Shown one piece after another: positions 13,207-25,549 of a DNA stretch of 48,582 nt. Origin of the DNA: Tubiluchus corallicola (taxonomy: Eukaryota > Animalia > Priapulida). The stretch is taken from positions 1 to 48,582 of the forward strand of contig JAQGDQ010001302.1 of NCBI GenBank assembly GCA_030141605.1. The letters are read 5' to 3'. Positions within the stretch are counted from its first letter, which is position 1; each line of letters begins with the position of its first letter. The translations under genes were made by a program, and so were the position numbers. The notes below the pieces were generated by a model. That model searched no databases. It saw nothing but the letters and a program-made list of their open reading frames with translations, and was not told where the DNA came from.

Positions 13207-15287
13207 GATGCAACCTGATGTAACTGTAAGATTGTTTTAATTTTATCATGTTAGATAAAGTTAATTTTTTGTTACAATTATTGGTAAAATATTTACCCAT
13301 ACTCGTTTGATTTCTATTTTCTTTCCAATGATTCATTCGACTATAATGTAGAATGCGCGGTAGCGTTATACATTCACTGTCAAATTATTTAATTTATTAC
13401 TTGAATGACCCAGCTTTTTTGTTCGTTTGTTTTTAATCCACACGCTATTGAACTACCCTGTGGAATTGTAAAAGTTTGCTTCTATTTAATCTGCTAGGAT
13501 TAAAATTTGTTAAGCGATACACTTTCAGTCTGTTAACTTGAGTACTCAATTTAGTTTTCAAGGAATTTGGGTCTGTTTCAACCAAATTTTAAAGATGTCT
13601 AAATTTTAGTTATATGCGCGGTTGAGTTATTACACCTACAGTCGAGCTTCTATTAAATAAGGTACGTCTGTAATTTTTCCCTTTTTTGTCACTGATAGGT
13701 CTATAACCCTTTAAATTCGTAAAAAAAAAATTTTCTATGTTCTAATAAATACTACTAGCTAGACATGTGGGTGTATGAGGCATTTATTATTAATTTACAT
13801 TGTTTGGTCACCACTCAAAGGTTAATTTAGTCCTTTAGTCCAATCTTCTGCAACACATGATAAGGCGTATAAGGCCTTAAATGGGTATTTTGTTATTCGA
13901 CTATAATATTGGATAACCCAGTGGTGACTGTATCTCATTTTGTACTTGGTATAATATGACCTTCATCCTTTAAATATTTTACATAATAATATATGCCTTC
14001 TTGCATAATTATATTATTTTCATATTTTCATGAATATAAGAAATATATTTATTTTCAAATTGATCCACAGTTACAGTCTTCGTTTCAAAATTGAAGGGTT
14101 TCTTTCTGTACTAGTTTCCATGAATTGTATTTTTGGCGTACGTGATCTTGTTCACGTTTTTGCTAGGACCGTTGGTTCTTGTGTTCTCGTTTATTCATAC
14201 AGTATGACCTTTACCTTTTGTCCGATTGACAAACAATCTGTAATTGAATGGGTTTGCGCGATTGTAATGCCATTACATTTTATTACTGTTTATAGTTTCG
14301 TATACCTATGATTCTGTAATTTCTCGGGCGTAATAGTATAACATTAATTTCTTATTTTCTTTAACTTTAACATATTACCCCGTCATACGTCTATAGTATA
14401 GCTTATTTTTATGCAAATTCCGTTTCACATTTTAATTTATCGATTAAGCTTGAACATTTAGGTATATGCAACAGTACTGTACCCTACTTTGCTAACTTGA
14501 TTAGTACACACTGAACATTATTGTACAATTATTGTGTGTATCAATGTCATGTTAACTCTGATTCTAACGGAAAAGTCCCTTGATCTGCGAAGGTTTCATT
14601 TCATAAAATCGGTGCATGATTATTAGTAACTGTGTGCGTTTTGATTAGTCAGATTAGATGTCCTTGAATCCAAGTGTATGCGTGCATATTTCTAGTGATT
14701 CCCTGAACAATTGAATAAGCAAAAAAAAAAAATTGTTTGAGTGCAAAAATCTTAGTGAATGCCTGAACATTTGAATGTATAAAATACTATTACCGGTTTT
14801 GTAGGTCGTTATGCAGTATACACTTTCGTAAAAGATTAATACATTGAAAAACATTGTACTGTTTCTACATTTACATATAAATTACTTGTAAATTCTATAA
14901 TTGTGTTGAAACTTAAATGCTCGTGTGCGTGTACAGCTCGTGTGATTGTGGATGTGAGGGGAGCTGAGCGGGTTTTAATTGTTTGAGTGTGCATGTGTGC
15001 GAGCTTGCACGTGCACTTCCACAAATATTTCATAGGTAGACAGTTTTATGTTTTTATACGTATACTTTTCTCGTTAAATTTTCTGTTTTGGCCTTAAACA
15101 CTATTGTAGAATGGTAATAACATTAAATTTATGAGTCGAAATTTTTAAACATTTATGGCTTTTTCATGTAAACACTTCAACTCCAGATTATCACATATGC
15201 CTACATTTTTTTTTACTTCTGACCCCATACTCATTAATTTGTTTTTTTTCTTATTTTTTATCATATTACATCATTTTCGTCATCATC

Positions 15288-18200
15288 ATGACTAAATTTC
15301 CATGTTCATCATGTACTAAACCTGTTAAAAATAACCAACTTGGACTGTTTTGCAATTGCTGTGAGCAATGGATGCATCTTAAATGTACAAATTTAACTTT
15401 GACCGATTACAACAATTTAACTAACAATAATAATAACTGGTTCTGTCACTTTTGTCTGCAAACTATTCTCCCCTTTAACAATATCACTGATGACGATGAA
15501 TTCAAATTAATCACTAGGTATTCCAATATTGGATCTATAATAGACAATAAATTACTTAATTTAAATCTATTTGAAAGTAATGACATATTCGACTCTCTGC
15601 CCATTACTGATCTGGATCCAGATCAACATTATTTTAACGGACTAAATAGTATTAAAGCCAGCAAATATTATGATGACCAACAATTCAACTCTCTAATTAA
15701 CAATTTAAAATTTAAATCTCCTCTGTCCGTTTTACATTTAAATGTGCGTAGTTTACAAAAAAATTATGATCACTTATGTGCCTATCTTCAGTTACTCAAT
15801 ATTAAATATTCAATTATTGCATTAACTGAAACATGGTCAGCTGAGGAACATGGCATATTATGTAACTTACCAGGCTACAAATTAGCATACAATAATCGTA
15901 CACATAAAGCTGGTGGTGGTGTTGCCATATTTATTTCCCAGGAATTAGCTTTCACTGTTTTGAAGCAGTATAATTTATCTGATAATCATATGGAATCATT
16001 ATTTATAGAGATTAATTGTATTCAAACTAAAAATATTATAATAGGCGTTATTTATCGACCACCAGGTGAAAATCCTGTAACGTTTATTGACAAACTTACA
16101 ACAATACTCAATTCATTAAATTGCCAATCTAAACACTTAATTCTTACAGGTGATTTCAATATAAATTTATTAAATCATGCTACCCACAATGACACAAATT
16201 ACTTTTTAGACACAATGATTTCAAGTTTTATTTTTCCTGTTATTACTCGACCAACAAGAATAACTAGTCTCACAGCCACTCTCATAGATAACATATGGAT
16301 AAATAACTTGGAACATAATCACATAGCTGGTAACTTATTGACTGATATATCGGAACACTTACCAAATTTTATGATTGCTGATTTCAATCTAGACTTAACT
16401 GATACACAGTTTATCAAAAAAATTTTATATAATGAACACGTCAAAGGAAAAATTATTTCAGATTTATCAAGCATATGTTGGAACGAAATTCTATTAAATA
16501 ATAATGATCCGGATTCAGCATATGAAAAATTTCATGAAATGTTAAGCAATATTTACCATACTCATGTTAAAACTTCAGCTGACCAATTACTACCTAAAAT
16601 AAAAAAACCTTGGGTAACTAAAGCTATGTTAAAAAGCATTCAACATAAAAACAAACTTTATCAATCAGTGCTTAAAAACAAAATCAACAAGGAACAATAT
16701 ACACAGTACAGAAATCAACTTACTAATTTGATAAAAATTTCCAAGCAAAACTATTATCAACAGAAATTACTAACTTATCAAAATAATATAAAAAAAACCT
16801 GGAATGTAATGAAGGAATTGATGCATAAATCTCGTGAATCCTTGCCTGCTTCTATAAAAGTAAATGACCAGTTAACTAATGACAAAAATATAATTGCTAA
16901 TGCTTTTAATGACTACTTTGTAAACATTGGCCCTTTATTATCAAACAACATTGAACCTACAAATACTGACCCAAATTCTTATCTTAAAGGAAATTACCTA
17001 CATTCCTTCTTCTTTCAACCTGTAACTAAAGATGAAATCATTAGAATCTGCAAGTCATTCCACCCAAATAAAAGTACTGGTATTGATCAGCTCTCTCCCA
17101 GAATAATGCTTGATATTATTGAATATATTGCCATACCTTTAACCCATATTATTAATTTATCACTTACCTCTGGAATTGTTCCTAATAAGCTAAAGCAGTC
17201 CATAATAGTTCCTATTCATAAAGCTGATGATCCACACTGTATAAATAATTATAGGCCCATTTCATTACTGCCATGTTTTTCGAAAATTATTGAGAAATGT
17301 GTGTCTTTGCAACTTACAGATTATTTACATAAACAAAGCATATTAAATGACACACAGTATGGATTTCGTCAAGGCAGTACTACAGAAATGGCTTTAATTG
17401 ATATGCTGACCAACATAATCAGAGATATTGAAGATAATAAGTTATCTGTGAGTATTTTCTGTGATCTATCAAAAGCTTTTGACAGTGTTGATCATAAAAT
17501 TTTAATTAACAAATTATACCACTATGGAATAAGAGGTGTTGCGAATAATTGGTTTGTAAGTTACCTATCTGGCAGGTTACAAGCAGTAAAGTATAATAAC
17601 TATATATCTAACTCAAAATTAATATCTTGTGGTGTTCCACAAGGGTCGATACTTGGCCCACTCTTGTTTCTTGTGTACATTAATGATATAAAACATTGTA
17701 TTAATAATGGAAAAATCCTCTAGTTTGCTGATGACACCAGTTTAATATTTAAATATTACAATACTGTTAATGAAGCTGAAATAAACAATGAATTGCAGCA
17801 AATATCAAACTGGTTTAGGAGTAATAAATTATCACTAAATGCTTCCAAAACTAAATTTGTAGTTTTTAGATCAAGAAACAAGAGAATGCCAAATTTGACA
17901 TTACAAATTGAAAATAGTTATATTCAACAAGTAAAACAGATTAAATTCTTAGGTATTGTCATACATGAACACTTAGACTGGCAATCACATATCTCTTACA
18001 TCAGACTTAAAATTGCTAAAAATATAGGCATCATTACTCACATTAAACACAGTCTTTCGAAAGAACACTTACTAATCTTGTTTAATAGTCTGGTTTTACC
18101 TTATCTCAATTACTGCAGCATTATTTGGGGCCCCACATATCCATCTAAACTAATATGCTTAAAAACGTTGCAACGAAAATTTTTAAGGTTAATGTATGGC

Positions 18201-18541
18201 CTAATGAAACGTAGTGAAGTACCTTTACTTCTTTACCGTGAATGTAGAATTATGCAATTAGATGATTTAATCAAATTGAATATTGCAGTATTCATGTATA
18301 AATGCAATTATAGACTATTTCCTAAGTTTTTTGCAATTCCTGTCAAATTGACATCTAAGAGACATAATACAAGATTTAATCAATACATTGTGCCTTTCTG
18401 TAGAACCAACATAGCTAAACATTTTATAATATATCAAGGACCAAAAGTCTGGAATGAGATTTGCCAATCTGCAAAAAATAGCAGATCTATTACTAGATTT
18501 AAAAAATGCTAAAAAATCAAATTTTAAGTAAGTATCAGTGA
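15288..18541 (+). pseudogene. LINE ORF2p (PHD finger, AP endonuclease, reverse transcriptase), interrupted
   Basis: N-terminal C4HC3 PHD; APE motifs LHLNVRSL, LTETW, GDFN, LIDNIW, SEHLP; RT motifs NYRPISLL, DLSKAFD, GVPQGSILGPLLF. A TAG at 17721-17723 lies immediately before FADD, and the frame continues to 18512. One A missing at about 18501-18506 would restore FKKMLKNQILSKYQ*, ending at 18541. Confidence 0.9.
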
Positions 18542-18955
18542 GCAATCAAAATTTCTATCAGTATCCATCCTCACAGTAGTTGCAAAACAGTGGTGTTAAC
18601 TTAATCAAGTTATTTTAATTTTACATACTATTAAAAAATAATAGTCTTTTTATCTTTTATATCATTCCATATATGAGTTTCATTCATTACATCATTCCAT
18701 TTTAAGCACTAACGTTTTTTTTATCACGATTCACTTTAAATTTTCAGATTATCTCCATTACTTTTTTTTCTCTATCACTGTGTGGGACAATCTAACAAGC
18801 CCTGCTTTTTGATTGCCCACAACACATTTACATTCGTGTATAAGTAAATAGTGCTTGAGGCTTTTCTGTGCAGTATTTTTTATTTGTATTATATCCATTG
18901 TAGGCCCTTTCACTAATATTGTATATGTAACCTGTAAATGTGTATGGTGAAATAA

Positions 18956-18983
18956 ATGACTATGACTATGACTATGACTATGA
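18956..18983 (+). repeat. (ATGACT)n 3' tail of the CR1/L2-like LINE
   Basis: About 4.7 copies directly after AATAAA (18951-18956). Confidence 0.85.
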
Positions 18984-19148
18984 ATACCCTGCACAATGCC
19001 AAGCCACAAAAACGTTCATTTAATATGTTAGTACGTGTTAGGAAAAGTTACAGGAGAGTACAGGTCGGTAGTGATACAAACTTTGAGTGTGCGCGTATAA
19101 TAAGCAATCGTTGATCCACTGTAAAGAATTATACCTGCAAATTAAAGG

Positions 19149-20231
19149 ATGTGGACAAACATCATATCTGTTATTTTCTCTTTCAGATATTATGAAAGAA
19201 GAGCATACTTTTGTACTGGATTAGTTCTTGTTGTTTTATTGCTTAATGCACAACGAAATATTTTGCAATTTAGCCTTGATAACTGCTATTCTAATGAAGT
19301 AATTTCTGTTAATTATGGTAGAGATGTGAAGAACTTTTTGTTTTCGTCCTCTATACAATTAAACAAGAGTGATATTTACTGTGGACAAGCCTGTGATATC
19401 AACAGTCAACATTTTCAACAGTCGCCTGGCTTGGACTATCCAATGTTACATAAACACTTTGACTGCCTTTCTCTTATGCAGCGTCTGTATTTAGAGAAAC
19501 CAGCTGAGCAATGGCCTCCTCCACGTGCGCCACCAAGAGAACTACTCGATGAATTTACAATGTATGGAAAAATGCCATTAGTTTTACAGCAACGATGGTA
19601 CTTTGCTTTCAACTATGCAAAAACTAGAGAAGAATTGTTTAGACAGGAGTTAATGTCACAGTTGCAAAAAACTGCATCAGAAGGAAAGAACATTTCAGTT
19701 TATGGCATTCATGCAATGCAAATCGTAGAGGAAGCTTTAGATATGTACAGAGAAATGATAGAAGGTAAACATGGTTTTGTTATTGGTACAGAATATCCAT
19801 GGATCGAAGCTTTACTGCTTAATAAAAACGTTGGTCACATCACAACAATGGATTACAGTGATCTTGTGTCAAACCATAGTAAAATATCAACTGTTTTGCC
19901 TAAAAACCTATCAAAGCAATATCTTCGTCATCCAATGCCATTATTTGATTTTGGAATCAGTTATTCTTCAATAGAACACAGTGGACTTGGACGCTATGGT
20001 GATGTATTGAATCCAAGTGGTGATCTTGAAACAATGGCTCAGGCCTGGTGCTTAATTAAACCAGGAGGTTATTTCTTTCTGAATGTGGAAACAGATCATG
20101 GTAGAAGCTACTTAGCATGGAATGCACACAGAGTTTATGGAAATGAAAGACTAAAACACCTCACTGCAAACTGGAATGTTTCAACAGTTTTATACATAAA
20201 TAGGCAAATTCTGAGAATAATGAAGAAGTAA
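19149..20231 (+). CDS. DUF268-family SAM-methyltransferase-like type II membrane protein
   Basis: N-terminal TM (FCTGLVLVVLLL); GFVIGTEYPWIEALLL, SSIEHSGLGRYGD.LNP.GDL..MA..WCLIKPGG and WNAHRVYG motifs. The true exon start is probably the TTTCAG acceptor (exon from 19187, phase 2). Confidence 0.85.
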   Translation: MWTNIISVIFSFRYYERRAYFCTGLVLVVLLLNAQRNILQFSLDNCYSNEVISVNYGRDVKNFLFSSSIQLNKSDIYCGQACDINSQHFQQSPGLDYPMLHKHFDCLSLMQRLYLEKPAEQWPPPRAPPRELLDEFTMYGKMPLVLQQRWYFAFNYAKTREELFRQELMSQLQKTASEGKNISVYGIHAMQIVEEALDMYREMIEGKHGFVIGTEYPWIEALLLNKNVGHITTMDYSDLVSNHSKISTVLPKNLSKQYLRHPMPLFDFGISYSSIEHSGLGRYGDVLNPSGDLETMAQAWCLIKPGGYFFLNVETDHGRSYLAWNAHRVYGNERLKHLTANWNVSTVLYINRQILRIMKK

Positions 20232-20569
20232 CCCAGTTTAAAACAGTTGTACCAGAGCCAAAAGAATAGTTACAGCTTAATGCTATAGTTCATCTAATGT
20301 AACATAATGTATAATTTACGTGGTTTTTGTTAAAAGTAATTAATTTATATTATTTTATATTACATGTTCTGCAGACAGAGATTATAGCCGCATACCAGCG
20401 ATGATACTTACCTACTGCTGAAAACGTTTTCCTGACGCTGATGAGCATAACGTGTTAAAGATTATATTTACCAGTTGTTGGTGATATCTGCTGCTGATGG
20501 TGCTTACACGTGTTTACCTAATGTTGATGATACTGCCGTTGGTGCTTCCATGCTGTGACTACGAAACCT

Positions 20570-20918
20570 TGTGACGAGCATATGTGTGCGAATGACGTCA
20601 TCAGGAGTAGTCAAAATTTAGAGACGTCGTTCACGTAATGGGATGGATAAAGAAGTAGTCTGGCCAACCGTACTATGGTGCACCATTTCTTGATGGAACC
20701 CACTGTTGAGAGAGATGATGCTGGATGGAGAAAAGTCTCTTGATGATGCCAAGACAGGACTGTTCTGTTTTTCTTATCCGGCTTAATCTTTATTACTAAT
20801 ATTTGTCTTGCAATGTATTTTGAGATATTCATTAAAGTGTTTTATTCTTTACCTAAGGGTTACACTTAAGTCACGAAACACCCATTTGCAATATCGAAAA
20901 TTAGAGCACATCGTCACA
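20570..20918 (+). mobile_element. Possible solo LTR
   Basis: 349 bp bounded by TGTGACG...CGTCACA inverted termini, with an internal ATTAAA. The flanks AACCT/CACCA match only partly as a TSD. Confidence 0.4.
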
Positions 20919-22007
20919 CACCAGCTAGAACAACACAGTTAGATCTACCAATTAAATCAGTTAAACTATTGAGCAATTGCTGAATCCTCTACTCACTTTA
21001 TTTGAAAAAGGTGACTGGAGGTAGTTAAAGATTGACTAGGGACCATATAAGTGTTTTCAACTAATATTTCAACAGCAGACACTCCGAGGATCAAGAACTC
21101 ATAAGACAACTAACACATATTTCAGCAGACAGCAGACCCATTGTAATGACAGAAACGTTTTCAACAGAAGATAATACCACTGAAATACTTTATTGCAACA
21201 AAAATCAGCAGAGAAATGTCCCAAATTGGCATTCTGACGAAGCAGAGAGTTTAAAATATTAACCAGTGTTGTCATGTAGGCCACTTGACCTGAGCTAGTT
21301 CTTTTTAACATTTTAATGTTTTCAGATGGCATATGAAATTATTGCAAATCAAGGATTACAGTAGTACCCGTGACAGTCGAATCAGCTCCCAGTGGGGTAC
21401 CCTCACCACTATTATTATTATCTACTTGCTGTGAGAGTTCCGTGTTTCTAGACTGTGACATTACTGTCCACACAGCAGGCCTAAACAACATAGCAGTAGT
21501 TAATTTGCTGTTGACACTCCAACCATTATCAGTACTACTACGGCCCATTCCCAATCTATTAAATATATATATATTATATATATATATATATATGGATGAA
21601 TAGTGCTCAATTTCATTAACTCCCTGGCATGAACAGTGAATAAGTTCAATTATATGACCTCAATGAGAACAAAGTTAGCATAAACTTTCATCACCCTCGA
21701 GTTCCTTTTCAATCAATTTATTTCTAATTTATATATTTTCATAGTAAAAGCCACATGTCTTAAGTTGAGCTCTTATTGTTGTGAACAACGATAAAAAATA
21801 AATTGACATCAATAAATGGCATGAATGAAATGTAAGATAAACCATATGGACCTTAAGAGGCACAAACGTTACCCAAATCCTCTCAAAAGTAACCTGAGTT
21901 CCACCTTTATAGTCATTGAGGATTTTGTTTTTCATTACCGATTTCACTATTTTTAGTATTACTATTATTTAAAAAAACTGCTTAAAACACATTTTTGGAA
22001 TGTGTAG

Positions 22008-22760
22008 CAAAGAGAAGAAGGGAATATTGTCTGATCATCTAATGCAAATAAGAGGAAAGAGAAAGGTTGCCATCTTCTGCTGTAGACACGGAATTGGCTC
22101 ATCCTTTACTGCTGAAATTTCCAACAAGAATCCTAATATTTTATAGTGCAAAAAGAATTATAGTGAAGTTCTTTTAAGTACAAAAAGAGCAAAGAAGCAC
22201 AACATAAAACACACAGATTTTGTAGAGAAAATTTGTTTTATTTATGAATATATCATTGGTAAAGTGTCTTTTTGCGGAGCTTTTACACCAGCTGCCTCAT
22301 TTCTTAAAAAAATCTGGATCGTTTCTTCCTATACTTCACAGTGGTGCAAAACTTGAAAAACAAGAGCATTTAATCGAAACACGCGACATTATAGTCATCT
22401 TTTTTATCTTACCACGGAATTCTACTTTTCCCAAACAGTTTTTTCTGTTAGATACTTGGCAATTGCTACTTGATTGGGGGACAAAATTACAATATCATAG
22501 TGACCTACACATATATACTTTGGCTATATCGTAGCTCACTGAAGCTGAATATCATATTGTGTTTTGTTAGCTTTATAGATTTTGCATACTTGTCACTTTT
22601 TGCAAAAATGTTTGTTCAGTATGTATGCGGCAGTCACAAATCTATAGCAATCCTGAAACCTGGTTATTGCTAAAAGTGTGGAAATTAATAATGTCTCTTC
22701 AAACCAGGTAATCTACGATATACGCCCTACAATAATTTTCGTTGCGTCATTGTACATGTA
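22008..22760 (+). pseudogene. Carbohydrate-sulfotransferase-like relic, copy 2
   Basis: RKVAIFCCRHGIGSSFTAEISNKNPNI..FIYE (5'-PSB-like), then VCGSHKSIAI (~22625) and QVIYDIRP...AS (~22706, 3'-PB-like) in the expected order. Heavily decayed. Confidence 0.45.
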
Positions 22761-23032
22761 TGGTAGCAGAAAGACGAAAACAATATCTGGGTTTATATGG
22801 AAACTGCTTGCTGTAAAGAGCTCACCTGCTGCTCCAGACAAAGCTAACCGATCAGCCAAGGACAAATTAAGGCCCTCTCATCTTTTGACGGCAGTTCTGT
22901 AGAGTAGGCTTAAGGCTAAAATGCACACGAGTATTGTGTATGGATAGTTGATGTTTTTGCATTCGATTACCAGGAATTTACTTTTGACATTCACACACAT
23001 TGATTATCCCGTGGTTTTTATTTTTATTTATT

Positions 23033-23079
23033 TATTAAGATTCTGCTTACAGCAGAATGCTCTTGTTTTACCCTCGGTT

Positions 23080-23149
<70 letters not shown>

Positions 23150-23846
23150 TATGACTTTTTGTTTCTTTAATAACTCACACATGCACAGGGCTAGGGTCAC
23201 AAAACTCACAGGACACATGTAAGGGGACTATGTAATATACGAGTCGTCACCCTGGGTCAAAGGTTGTGTAGCGGGTAGGGGTTTTTTCCTCCTATTGGTT
23301 TTGAGCCTAAATTTTTGGTATGTGGCTAGGAGGTGCCGAGTTGTTGTGCAAGGCTGAATATGAGCCATTTGCGTACAGAACATTTTTTGGTGGGGAGTAA
23401 GAAACCAAAATCGAGGTGGTCGGTTACACCAATGCTTCCAGTTTCGATATTTGACATTTCATGTCTTTGACAGTAACTTTATTTTCGTTATTTTGGAAAA
23501 AAGTGTCCTTCATCTTAGACTTTTGGTAACCTTTTCATAAAATGCATGTCAACCGACTGACCAATGTCAAAAAAATTGGTGGATTCTGGGGTCACCCACA
23601 GGGCATTTAAAGGAAATGTTGAGAAACAGATGTGTAGTAATTATAGAGTACTATCAGCTTAGAAACTCAGTACTAGAATCAGAACTTTTAGTATCTGCTC
23701 TGGGCCTGATTTAGGAAAATGCTAAATTCAAAGTTAATAGGAAGACGACAGGAGCAGGATGTAACAATCCTGGACATTATAATTAGTGGCCCTGCGTGAA
23801 GGCACTATCACAATTTTTCTGACTCTAACGCACTTGTGTACTAGTA
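23033..23846 (+). mobile_element. Non-autonomous Helentron/HINE-like element with internal (TTA)n
   Basis: TTATTAAGATT start, hairpin ATTCTGCT-TAC-AGCAGAAT, a (TTA)n block, and a core TAACTCA...GCTAGG.TCAC.AAACTCACAGG shared with the inverted copy at about 26740-26915. The 3' end (ACTAGT) is tentative. Confidence 0.45.
23085..23150. repeat. (TTA)n microsatellite
   Basis: Read directly; it explains the poly-Tyr ORF at 22948-23154. Confidence 0.95.
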
Positions 23847-24519
23847 GGATGTCATCGCAACGTGATAACATCTGACCCTAAATAGCCAGTGTGCTTCTGT
23901 GCTTGAACAATTATTCTACCATGTGTCATACAAGTTTGTTGTGGTTATTGCAAATTTTTCTTCAGGACCTACTCCGTAATTAACGGTCTGGTTAATTATT
24001 TTGCAAACAATTTTTATTTGCAAATAATATACAAAAGCTGTCAGTTAAAGCATCTTCTGTCACAGAATCTCACCACAGCTTTGACACAGTCAAAAACGTC
24101 CACTAGTTTACCGTAATTTCATTCTGCACTATTTGTAACGTAACTCATACTAGTGTGTTCACAAACACAATTTTTGCATCACTCTCTACTTTTGTCGATT
24201 TTATTGCTTTGTATGTATGTAGAACGCATTTTATAGTAATGTGTAATAATATTTACTCATTGAGTAAATAAACAAAGTGTATTGCGTTTGGCTTCAAGAA
24301 CGCGGTTTCCTGCAGTATTAAGTTTAATTTTACGTCTTTTCAAGGCAAACGGGACCCCCATTATACTTGAATTTTCACGTGAAAAGGGAGGCGTCCGGAA
24401 CCCTTGGACGCACTCTGGACCACTTTTGGATGTTAATCAGCACAGACAATATTTAAAGTAAAGGAACTGCAGGATATAAAATCTTCTTTAAAACCCAACT
24501 GTCAAATAATATTTTACGA

Positions 24520-25531
24520 CAGGGGTGTGCAAATTATCTGACTAGCCGGGCCACATTAAACATTCCTGCAATTCCTGTGGGCCATATGCAGTTTGGTCAA
24601 GGAGCCAAGTACAGTAGGACCTAATAACGATTTGTTTGCATCCGATTTGCGGCACATCATTACTACTACACTACTACACTCAAGAAACTATTTTAGAAGT
24701 TATTAAAATTTATATTAAAAACCATATATTTCCACTTTCACGACAGATAGTGATAATTTCATTACAATGCATATTAGTAATGTCTATCACACAGTCTGTG
24801 TAGTACAGTGCATATTAATCTGTCTTGACTCGCTGTTCTTCTTCAATCTTCCTATTTTTCTTATCCATGATTCTGATCTATAAGAACACTACACCTGGTG
24901 AAACGATGAAACAACCTCTGATCGAGGTGTGTACTACTGAGCCTAAGCAGAAACTAAAATCTGGTAATCCCCCCTAAATCAGGGGTAACAACACTTTGCA
25001 GCTTGTTGGCTACTTACAAATTGGTCTGCCCAGTCGTCTTCTTAGTCATAGTAGGTAGATCATTTTGACTTGGTTATTTTATATTTTGTTCTAATTTATT
25101 TATTTGTAATTTATTTTGTAAAATACCTAATTCAAAATGATCTACCTGCTATGACTAAGAAGACGACTCGACAGATCAACAGGCCCGATAATAGAAGCCT
25201 AGAGATTAGCTAATTGGTCTTCCTACCAGCCATTCATATTGCTTCTCGCATTTCTTGCACGTTTGAGCGTTTTAATGGCGGCTTCCGTGATAGTTTACTG
25301 TGTTCTGTGATAACACCGCTTTTTTGTGTTTCAAGTGAGCAACGTTAAATTTCGTCATGTCCAACAGTGACATTGAGTTACACTAGTCTTGTAAGGGTTA
25401 ATGCCATCCGATCTAGAGGAAAAAACTACCCGGATCTTTGCGATAGTGGCGCGGACTTCAGCTGGATCGCGTGGGCCGCACTTTCATTACGTTGACAAAC
25501 CTCTTCGCGGGCCGCAATTTGCACACCCCTG
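24520..25531. mobile_element. Non-autonomous hAT DNA transposon (MITE)
   Basis: Perfect 16-bp TIRs CAGGGGTGTGCAAATT / AATTTGCACACCCCTG and a perfect 8-bp TSD TTTTACGA (24512-24519 and 25532-25539). No transposase ORF. Confidence 0.92.
25021..25179. repeat. Foldback (about 60-bp arm inverted repeat) inside the hAT MITE
   Basis: AGTCGTCTTCTTAGTCATAGTAGGTAGATCATTTTGA pairs with TCAAAATGATCTACCTGCTATGACTAAGAAGACGACT (one mismatch, G-T pairing) around an AT-rich loop. Confidence 0.88.
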
Positions 25532-25549
25532 TTTTACGATCTTATCTAA

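Larger units (their letters stand above)
12130..18983 (+). mobile_element. Near full-length CR1/L2-group non-LTR retrotransposon
   Basis: ORF1, a spacer of about 2 kb, PHD-APE-RT ORF2, a 3' hairpin at 18781-18821, AATAAA and an (ATGACT)n tail at 18956-18983. The 5' boundary is approximate. Confidence 0.9.

Noticed and set aside
17721-17723. Programmed readthrough or pyrrolysine at the TAG before FADD
   Set aside because: A single TTG-to-TAG change explains it, and the element has other lesions.
22948-23154. Poly-tyrosine ORF
   Set aside because: It is a translation of the (TTA)n microsatellite.
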